Below, in pieces: positions 23,201 to 33,585 of a stretch of 64,000 bases of DNA. A model generated the notes under the pieces. The model saw nothing but the letters and a program-made list of their open reading frames with translations. It searched no databases and was not told where the DNA came from. Numbering within the stretch: position 1 is the first letter of the stretch; each line of letters begins with the position of its first letter. This DNA comes from Klebsormidium nitens (taxonomy: Eukaryota; Plantae; Klebsormidiophyceae), in NCBI GenBank assembly GCA_000708835.1, contig DF237465.1, forward strand, positions 1 through 64,000, given 5' to 3'. Made by a program: the position numbers and the translations under genes.

Positions 23201-24883
23201 AAACAGAGGCGGTGAAAGAAGACTAGGTACAGGTTCACCAAATTTCCTCCTTGTTTCACAAAGAAGCCTCTGCGTTAAGCGGTTGACAGCTTATATCATT
23301 GACGGAATTGAGTCACTTTTTGCAAGAGGTCTTCTGGCATCTAACGGCCCCCTTCGTTCTGTTGAGAAGAACAGAACGCTCTTGGCCTTTTTGAATCATA
23401 ACCGTATGCCACTAGACTGGGCGCGATTGCCGCCGCGTGACAAAGCTCAACCGTTGTCAAATCACACTTGTTTGGTCCAGCTTCGTGCAAAGCTGACCCG
23501 CATGAATCATCACATCCGCAAAAAGTCTCGTCAAACTTTGCAGGCAACAAAGGGTGCCATAGTGCAAAAGCAGCGGCACAAGCGGAGAAGAGGTTTTTGA
23601 ATCGCATACATACCCGTGCACACAATTCCAACCGCTTAGAAGGTGTTGAAGACTTGGAAACGCTCAGAAAAGGTTGAAGACTAAGAAACCGCTCAAATGA
23701 AGTTTGAAGACTTGGAAAACCGAAGAACTTTCAGAACATGCCCACCTGCTTTTCTGGCCCTGACGCGCTTCTCGACCCGCTCCTCCTGCCGGTCCTTTTC
23801 CAGGCCCGCCACGTGCACCGCCTTCTTCGCCTCTTCGTCCGGCTCCACCCCCCGCTGCTCATCGCCTCTTATCTCCCGCCCATCTCCTATCCCCCCCTCC
23901 TGCTCGTCTCGTTTCTTATGCTGCTCGTGCCCTTTCTCCTCTTTCTGCTCACCTCGTATCTCTATTCGCCCATCTCCTATCCCTTGCTTCTCCTTCCTTT
24001 CATCTCCTGCCCATGGATCCTGCTCATTGCCTCTCTCCTTCAGCGCAACTCTCCTCCCCTGCTTTTCTCCGTCCCCTCTGCCTTCCTTCCGCGAGTCATC
24101 GCCCTTCCCCTTGTTTCGCTGATCTCCGTCCCGCCTCTGCGCATCTCCATCCCCTCCCGTCCGCTCCGTTTTGCCACCCTCTCTCTCCTCCGGGTGAACC
24201 CTCACGATGTGAAACAGACGTTTCGGCTGAGACCTCACGATCTGAAATAGTCGCATCCACGTGCTGGGGTAAGGCGTCCCGACCGCAGTCAGCCTCGGCA
24301 CCTTCATCCGCTGCCACGCCGCCTCTCTTTCTCCCCACCCCTCTTCATCGCCTTTCTTCTGCATGCGCTCCCTCTGCTGCGCAGGCTGGTCTTTGCTGAC
24401 GTCAGCCGACCCGGATGCAACGTCAGCAGACGTCCGTCTCCCTGCATTCTGCTTCTTTCCGTTCCCCAGAACGTCCCAGGCTTGGGTCTGATCGTCAGCG
24501 CTGCCACGTGCATGCTGCATTCCCGCCTTGTCATGGCCTCCCTCACTAGAAAAGCCCTGAAAAGAAAAGAGTGTCTTTCTATCGTCCCCTGCATTTCCCT
24601 CATGAGTTGCACTCGCTGCAGCTCTGATTCCCAGATACTGTGCGGGGCAAAGTTTTCTAGACGTTCTCTTCTTTGCATTTGACCCGGCCTCGGAATGCTT
24701 CTGACTCAAGAAATTGTTGTGGAGAAGGACTCTAGAGAAGGACCCTGCTCTGGTCACGTTTCGAAGGGGGACCACTTTCTGCCTCGAACTGGTCCCCACA
24801 TTCCCGTAGGTCGAGGCATGCACGAGCACCTGTCCATCTAGCCTTGCAGGTCTTCTTCCCAGGGCTGTGCTTGCAGTCGCCAT
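20267..24883 (-). CDS. SAM-domain protein with long charged low-complexity N-terminus, ~579 aa; exons 24883-23746, 21911-21776, 21318-21206, 20619-20267
   Basis: The exons join in phase (1,2,1). The spliced segment DWSTQEVVTWAADQGF...AKIAGADLPYWTSEDFEEIGLPKGPAKRLVRAINEL fits the sterile alpha motif pattern. The link of exon 1 to the rest and possible extra introns are less certain. Confidence 0.62.
23647..23730. repeat. Three ~29-bp tandem units (ttgaagacttggaaa...)
   Basis: Visible directly, just inside the intron after the exon-1 donor of the SAM gene. Confidence 0.7.
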
Positions 24884-25941
24884 TTAATCCTTTGTTTTTT
24901 TATCGACAGCTGGCCTTAGAGAAGCTCCATATCACATTGACAAGCTAGAAAAAGCCCTTGGTAATCTGACCGATGAGCTCTTCTTGATTACTTCGGCACA
25001 AATCGCTCGACTCTGTCGACTGCGCCGATGCTCTTGAAGCTCTTGTTTCGCTTCGAAGATCAGGAAGCTCGCCTCCTCTTACTCCACCTTGCGTCACCGC
25101 TCACTTCTGCAGAGAAGGAATTTCAAGCAGAACAGAATGAATGATCCGGATTATCTTTCGGAGAGCGAAGCTGTATCTTAAGCTGAATGGGCTGCTCGTA
25201 GAACGTAATGCCCCGATAGCGAGCTCTTAATCTTCAGCTCATGATCACGAGCCTTCGACTGCTCGGATTGTGCTCAAATGAATTGGAGCTGCTACAGCAC
25301 TCGTCGAATCAATCATGATCACGAGGCACATTGCGCCCCTGCATTCTACCCTGTATTGTTCTTCAGTAATCTTACAGTGAGTTAATGGATGACCAATCTG
25401 GCTTTCCTGGGGCTTCAACTCTGGGCCAAGCTGCAGCTGCTCAAGAGCACTCTTTGCCCGACTTTCGTAGCTTGGGTTAAGAGACTGGTTACGTACTAAC
25501 CTACTTCACCAGCAGATTCAACCGTCAGGTCGCTCCTAACCCTTCTCCAATCAGGGAGCACGCTGGAAGTGTCAAATCTCATCATGGTCGTCAGGGAGCT
25601 CAAGTTTTGACACTAGATAAGTTTCCTCGAAACCCAGATCACGTGCAGGCGGCGTGGTTACGCAACTGCGTGACTGGTTGCGATCCAGCAACAAGCGCGC
25701 ACTGCTCCTTCTGATGACAATGTGACAGTGATGGAAATGAAAACCAGCAAGCTGCATTGAAAGAGCGCTGGTCTCAGAAGTCTTAGAATTTGGGCAGCTT
25801 TCCCTTCTCAAACTTTTCTGCTGCTTCATTGCCGAATGAAGAGGAACAGATTCGCAACAGGGCGCAGCATCCATCCGACAAATTGTTCGATTGAGCTCCT
25901 GATCTACAATTCGCAGGCGATTTGCAAGTGAGCGTTCACCA

Positions 25942-28900
25942 ATGGAGGCTACAGTGAAACTGTCTAGAGAATGCTTCAGTCCTCCTTTAAGTGGTCAGAC
26001 CTGTTCTGGTCAGCTTTTCAAGCAAGGAAAACGCAAGTCTTGTGCAATACTTTCTTGGGATCACCAGAACTCATCAAGAAAATTGGTTGGCACATTTTCT
26101 GGAAGAAATGCTTCAGCACACAGCAAAGCAGACCGGCGGGAAGTGGAGCTCAAGACTGTCAAAGCGGGCGTCTTTGAAGATCCCGGAACACACGCGCCTG
26201 ACAAGATCTGTAGCGGTTTGCCTCCAAGCCGAAGATCAAGAGCGTTGAGAGGGGCCCGAACAATACAGAAGGCTCAAGCCTGTGCGGAAGGTTCTTCAAG
26301 CAATCTGCAACCAAACGAAGGCGGGTCTTCTGGCAGCAATCGTGCGCAACCGGGGGAGCTGCCTTCGGTTTCAGGAGGGATTCGAAGGGGCAATGACAAC
26401 GGGAATGGAGTGACACCAGAGTCACAAGAGGAGAAGAACCATCGAGGAAACATCAACTGGAGAAGGTTAGTCATTACTACAATTTGATGCTCATTGATTA
26501 TCGATCAATCATCAATACAATTTTGATGCTCTCCTTTTGCTTGGTCTCTCTGCTTCCCTAAAACAGGGGGCTCCGCTGGGTGTGTGACGACAGTTCTTTG
26601 CATCCTCAGTAGCTCAGCACGGGAAAAGGAAGCAATACTCAGATCTGGAAACCACTCGCCCTCAGATGCTCCCTGCCATGACAGAGTCTTCGTCTAGAGG
26701 TTCTGGTATCCAGGCTGAGAATGTGATGGTGAAAGAAAGTCGGGAAGATAGGCGAGGATGCATCCGGTTCTCAACAGTCACCTAAGCCTCAAATTGACCA
26801 TTTGAAGCCTTCAAAGCTCAAACGAAGATACTAAAAAGCAATCACTTTGCTGCAGGCGCGCACTCCAAGCTGTGAAAGGCGACGAGGTCCATATTACAGC
26901 GCCTCCGCCGGACTTTGTCTCAGACCGGCCGCAGCGGCCCTTCAGGATCTTCCTTGTGCGGCATGGTGAAAGCGAGGTGGGGCTTCTTGGTCATCGTGCC
27001 CCTGTTGGAATCAAAACACCGTATGAGTTTGGCAAGAAGTACTGCTAAGAAGACACTGCTGCTTGAAGGGGACGATATTGTCTGGATCAAATTGCAATAT
27101 ACTGGTAGGTTGTTCGCGTTGCCTGGTTCGTACTTGATCTGCAGTAGGGTCACTTTGGTGTACGGCACTTGTTTAATGTATGATATGCAGATGCAGATGC
27201 GGTCCAACATCATCTTGAAGTGTCAGGGTCAAATGAGCACTTGGTTCAAATGATTCTGGTAGGAAGCCCGGGTGGTACTTCTCTGCCCGTATCCACCTCT
27301 CAACCCCTTTCATTGCGCCTGAAACTCGATTCGCGAAACAAAGTAGGGCAAGCCCCCGTCTGCAGGCATGCATCCTGTAACATCCAGAAGTGGGTAAAGC
27401 AAACCAGTTCCAGTTGCGACAGTGAAAGGAGAATATTCATGACCAAACTAAAATGCATCTTTGAGGCGCCTTCTGTCAAACTGAGCCATCACTAACAACT
27501 CTGCCTCGACAGAGAACAACGGTTCGCAAAACTTTCCAGGAAAGTACATCTTGTGATCCCTCGACTTTTCAGGGCAACGTGGACGAGAGCATGTACTAGC
27601 CCGCCACTAACAACTCTGCCTCCTTGAAGAACTGAGAACTCAGAAGATAACAGGATTGAACATTTTGATCACTCAACTTTTCAGGGCAACGTGGACGAGA
27701 GCATGTACACGCGCATCCCCGACTCCAAGATCAGCCTCACCAAGCAAGGGAAGCATCAGGCGGAGGAGGCCGGGCGGCAGATCCGGGAGATCATTCAGGC
27801 GGGACAAGCGGAGGACGACGACAACTGGATGGTCTACTTTTACGTGTCGCCGTACCTGCGCACGCTGCAGACGCTGCGTGGCATCGGGGCCGCGTTCGAG
27901 CGGCGGAGGATCGCGGGGGTGCGGGAGGAGCCGCGCCTGCGGGAGCAAGACTTTGGTGAGGGGCGGACTCGATTGGAATTCCATCCGCAAAGTCTGGAGT
28001 AGGATTGAACGCCAATTGAGACTGACGAGAGTTCTGGATGCGCATCCACCCAACATAGATGAGTTCCAAAGGGAGTGTCAGGATGATTCCTAGGAGCGAT
28101 GGAGCTGTGGTCAAAGACGGGAGGGCTTGTGGGACTTGGGTGATGACTGGAATTTTAATCTGGTTCAGTAGTTTCTTGGTTGAAGTACCTTGTATGGCAC
28201 TCCCGTTTGCTGCTTCGCCCCGAGTAGAGTGTGTTCTGAAACCCCACCCGACCTTTGAGGCGCGCGTCGTCCTGAGCTGCGAAATTGTGAGAAGCTTCAA
28301 GCAAAGCCGTAATGTTATGTCGGACATGAAGGCTGGACAGGGACTCCCTCGGATAATTGCGGGAGTGCCGATTTGATTGACCCTCGAAACGAGCAATCAA
28401 GAACAGTTTCCGTTGACGCCGAAGTATCTTCCTTGCAGGTAACTTTCAGGACCGAGAGAAGATGCGCGTTGAGAAGACTATCCGGCTGCGCTTCGGCCGC
28501 TTCTTCTACCGCTTCCCGGACGGAGAGTCCGCTGCTGACGTGTACGACCGAGTGACAGGTCAGAACCTGCTGTTGATTCAACAAGGACTGGCTGTGTGTG
28601 AAACGGAACCCCTTCGTTTCCCCCAACTACATAAGCTTCTGCAGTTTCGAACGACATCGTCGTTGGGGAAGAGGCCAGGGCGCGGGTGATAACAACCCGA
28701 CGCAGCTGTCGGATGCTCCGTTTGCGCAAACTTTCACGCTCTTTCCTAGCAGTTACTGCTTGCCAAATACAAAAAGGACGTGGGGGTTTTAGCGTAAATC
28801 ATATGGTCAAAGTTCTTCGTTCGCTCCTCTGGTTAACGAGACCCCCTTCGCTCCGACATCAATGTTGGGCAGGTCCAAACGGAGGGGGCCCGACGCACCA

Positions 28901-31900
28901 CCATCAACCTGACCCGTAGCGTCAGGCGCGTCAGCCGTGCGCCTTCAAGCGCTTTCCTCAGATGCGACTCAATTCCATTCGGATTCTGAGACACAATTAT
29001 CCAGGATGATATCTTTTCCTCACCCGCTTTCCTGGTGTTTTGGAAACCCTTTAGACCGACGTCGGAGGAGGCGAGCCGACGCTTTAACGTGAACCTTACC
29101 CTTGGTCTCAGTCGCTTTGCCCTGCTGTGCTTGTGCTTGGAGGCTCACAGAACACCACTCTAGAGTCGAAATTACCAAGCATGCTGGTCTCCCTGTCCCC
29201 CTTTCAGGATTCCGAGAAACGCTTCGGACCGACATCGAACTCGGCAGGTCCAGGAAGACGGAGCCGGCGCGCCAACAGGAACCTTTTTCTGGTGTCAGGC
29301 ACCTTTTATCGCAATTATTGATCTCTCTCATCTGTCTCGCAGGGTTTTGCGAGACGCTACGCATCGACATCGATGTTAAGCGGTCCCAGAAAAGGCGAGC
29401 CGAAGTACCAACAGGCAATCATTCCTGGTGTCAGGCGCTCTGTGTCCCATTTCTTTTTGTCTGGGAGATGCACAACCAACTTACTGAGACATCTCTTACT
29501 AATCTCTCCTCCTCCGTTTAGGTTTCCGAGAAACATTGCGGACCGACATCGACGTCGGGCGGTTCCAAAAAGAGGCGAGCCGGCGCACCAACATGAACCT
29601 GATCCTGGTGTCGCACGGGCTGACGCTGCGCGTGTTCCTCATGCGTTGGTACAAGTGGACCGTGGACCAATTTCAGGCGCTGCACAACTTTGGGAACGCA
29701 GGGTTCCTCGTCATGGAGCTAGGGCCGGGGGGGCGGTGAGAATACTCTCACGCTTAGTCTGATTGAACCTTCTCTGATTGGTCGCATTTTGGACAATTAA
29801 GCAGCTCCATATCGACAGGGCGCGGGGTTCGTCGTTATGGAGCTGGATCTGGGGGGCCGGTGAGAAAATCCTCGCACTCGTGGTGTCAGGTCTGTTAGGA
29901 AGACTTTTTGTGGTTGGTTGACTTGGAAGATTCAGCAGTTGCACAGATTCGGAAAGGCGGGGTTTGTTGTTATGGAGCTAGGGCCGAGGGGACGCTGCGA
30001 AAACGTTGACGTTGCTGGTTACGGAGCTGGTTACAGAATGAAGCTTCCGGTTGGGCTGAATTTTCCAACCATTTCGGAAACGCGGGGTTCCTCGGCATAC
30101 AGCTAGGGCCGGGGGGCCAGTGCGAAGACCTCGACCTTATCACTTACAAAGTTGGTTAGATCTGAAGCCTCTGATTCGGTCGGTTTCTGGATTACTTTAT
30201 GAATGTGGGGTTTCTCGCATCAGATCGGGGCCGGGGAGCCAGTTAGGACTCACCTCTTTATCTGCAGAGTTGCTTCGGACGAAGTCCCTGGTTGGATCAA
30301 TGCAGACGATTCAGTAGACGCCAATTGGTCACACGGCCTTACCTTCTGATAGATTCTGAAACGGGAGGACCAAGCAAGCGAAAGTTCCAAGACTCACGTC
30401 ACTGGTTGCTCCTTGGCGAAGCCGTTGGAGCGAGCGGCAGTATCTGGCCACACGGATTGTCTGCTTGCGGAGCTAGGGCGGCATGCACGCCCTTTTCATG
30501 TCATCCTTCAGTGAAGAATTTGTTGAACTTTCTTGGCACGAGAAAGGCTTTGCTCTTAGAATTACGATGGAGAGGCGCCTGAGTACGATTGAGCGGGAAC
30601 GCCCTCGTGCGAGTTTCATCTGGCAAACTACTACTGTCAACCCGTTTTCGACGAAACACCGTCTACAAACGGTGGCATCCATTTCTGCAAAGTACGAGCG
30701 AGATTGACTGACGAGCCCTCCTGCACGTTCAGGTCGCGGCTTCTTTTGAGGCCTCTTCTTCGTGCTGCTCCAAGACTGTTAAATGATGTCCTAATCGTGT
30801 ACATCTCTTCGTCCAAAGTTACTGAAGTCGATTAAGGTTGACGCGGAGTCCGCACTCAGAATCCGTTGCCCTCTCTGCAGGTATACACAAGAATCCGGAC
30901 TGATCTCTCCGTTATTCTGCGGAACGGTCAAGGACCTCGCATTTGTGTACCTCATTTGTTCCTTTCTGGTCCAATGGAGATCGAACTGGAGCCGCACTCA
31001 GCACTCGTTGCCCCTTACTGCAGGTATAGCTTAACAGCGCACCACACGCATGAAGAACTGGCGACGTTCGGACTCTCGCCGGACATGATCGCCGACCAAG
31101 AGTGGTGAGCGTTCTCCGCAACAGTTTAACTTGCCCCCATTCATCTGAGCAGAAGTCCTGAAGTGCAAGAGCGAACTTTTGAGAGTATGAAAACGAGTAT
31201 TGTGAGTATCTTTTCTACATACTGCCTGCGCAAATCGAGTTCTGCTCACAATGCTATTTTTCGTCCTGGCTTTCACACTCCGATGGCTTACTCCAGTGGC
31301 GCCAAACTTCCCCACTCCAGATCGGCGCTCTGGATCTTGTTTTGGCCATCAGCTGCGCTCCGTATAGGGTTCAGTAGTTTTTTTGCAGATTCTATAAATT
31401 TTGATGTTTGTTGCCCAAAGCATGGCAAACATTACGCTTTGTCATGAGGCAAGGCTCTGAGGCGAATGGCTTGAATCAAAGGCAAAGGCTGGTCAACATG
31501 GAACCCACCCGTTCTTAGAGCTGGATCTCACATGTTCGGTCCCACTCAGTATGCGCCATGACATAAAATTTGGCATTTCAATTGGGCCGCGTGTCAAAAA
31601 GACCACGTGTCGATCATAGACCGGGGTCCGAGTCGCTCGAAATAAACTTTGATGCAACGTCATTTATGCGTCACAATTTTACTTTCAGAATATCGATGAC
31701 CAAAGGTGATTGAGAAATGGCATTGAACGGCCATCTAGGCCCACTCCATACCTATAACTGGACTCTTATATACGCTCATTTCAGATCTTATAACTCTTTC
31801 TTTCCCTTTTGATCTCCTTTTCCCCCGTAAATCTTGGCAGTGAGTGGGACCCCACCTGTGATTGCCCTTTCTTCGTTCCTTAATCTTTTGAGAGACTGAT

Positions 31901-32126
31901 CTACGTTTGTCTGGGGCGTCGCAGGCAGGTAACGGCTCGTCCGGGTGACTTGAATTCCGAGTGGCCAACTTCGGGGCCTAGCTTTTTCGACTACTTTGAG
32001 AACCTACAGGACGGGGATGGGCTGAAATATCCTGACAGATCCCCTCAATTCGACAAGATAATCCGCGATCTGGAGTGCCCAGCAACTCGGGAAGAACTAG
32101 AAGTAATCAAGCAATTTCCAACGTGA
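25942..32126 (+). CDS. Histidine phosphatase / phosphoglycerate mutase-like protein (AT74 family), ~510 aa, probable plastid transit peptide; exons 25942-26465, 26856-26976, 27685-27955, 28439-28558, 29522-29735, 31024-31104, 31925-32126
   Basis: RIFLVRHGESEGNVD catalytic motif, then YVSPYLRTLQT, EPRLREQDFGNFQD, RFPDGESAADVYDRV, LVSHGLTLRVFLMRWYKWTV and DQEWQVTARPG. All junctions are in phase. Confidence 0.92.
29030..30260 (+). repeat. Decayed copies of both ends of PGM-like exon 5
   Basis: Acceptor-side copies start at ~29035, 29208 and 29343 (real 29522). Donor-side copies have donor positions 29860, 29995, 30120 and 30242 (real 29736). Confidence 0.88.
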
Positions 32127-33585
32127 CACTTGCATTTGAGTGGTAAAGTGTGCCAGAAAGTACGTGTCTTGTTGCTTTGGCCACGTCACGTGTTGTATAT
32201 AAACAGTAGGAAGGACTTGCTGAACAATAAGCTTTGATTGACAGACTTTCATTGACATTAGTCATCCCGTAGGTAAACGCATATACTAATAATAAGACGC
32301 GATTGATAATCAGTACGTTATTCAATCCATAAATGATTGTCTTCACAATGCGTTTGGAATGTTCATGCACCTTTCGTATGGTCAGTGCGCTGCCGTACTA
32401 GCTTGTCGAGCTTCAAAGCCTTGGGAACAGCGAGCTGGTTCATATATTATGAGCCAATTGATCGGATCGCATCTGCCTACTAGACTGGTACTTGTAGCAA
32501 TCGCAATGCAACTCAATCATTGGCACTATACCTGCAAAACCGCCCTTCAACCGACGCTTGCAGTCCGGGTCGTTGAATATTGTCTTGCATGAGCACGCGC
32601 TCAAAGTATTCTGAACGTATGATCAAAGGGAGCATGCATCTTCGTGTTAGGCACTGATATAAAAGCTATCGCGATGAGGATCGTGCACTGACATTCGTTT
32701 TGATGATCGCATATAAGCATATACGGGATATATATCATATTGTATACAGACGACGTGGCTAGGGCTGTTCGTCTAGCTGTACGTTTTACGCGCATCATTG
32801 CGCATGGTCGCTTTAATTGTTCCAATGGGTCATGGTAAGTTTGCTGCGGCACGCGGTGCCCCGCGGCCCGGCAGCTATATAATGATATATAGCCATGCCA
32901 GCTCTGCCTGACCATATATACCTATACTTATTTCACATGCATCATGCCACTGAGGCTTCTGGTAGTGCTTGAACGAGCCTGCGAACGGTATTTCACTCAT
33001 TCGGAGTAGGTAACGTAGGGCCCTCAGACGTCTACTCAGTTTGGCCACAACATGGTGTAACGGAACCTGGGCTCGGGAATCTTGGGCGGTCATGGGCCAG
33101 CTCTTGCGGCACGGGGCTTGAAGGCCGGGCGGATGGAACACCATGCGTGTCTTGGGCGATCTGGATTGAGGGGATACGCCCAGGTCGTCCAGCGCCGGGC
33201 GTGAGATTGCAAGGACCGGACTCGATTATTGTAGAGATCGTGTACGCGACTGAAATGAGCTGACATGCAAATCGCTGTGCCAAAACTTGTGGCCACATCC
33301 GATCGGCATGCGAGACTAAATCTGCGGGTAAGTATTCAAATTGTTTGGAACTCGTGTTCTTCGTTGCAACTGCCTTGCCCACCAACTTCGTTGCATGCAG
33401 CGAGATGCTTGGGCTTGAACCCATTCTCGGGCACACAAGAGCAATTTCGCAACCGCGCATAACAACACCTCTCCCCGCATCTCATATACGGTCGTATGTG
33501 GGTCGTATGTGATTCTCAATGACGGCCAACATTGCTACTCCTGAGAACGTTCTGTCCTAAAAGGAACTTTTCATTACGCAGGTCG

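Noticed and set aside
31106-31108. TGA after DQEW as the PGM-like stop codon
   Set aside because: A GT donor at 31105 and an in-phase exon at 31925-32126 (WQVTARPG...SFFDYF) continue the family-typical C-terminus.
32874-32893. gctatata-atga-tatatagc palindrome
   Set aside because: It is short and AT-rich, and expected by chance.
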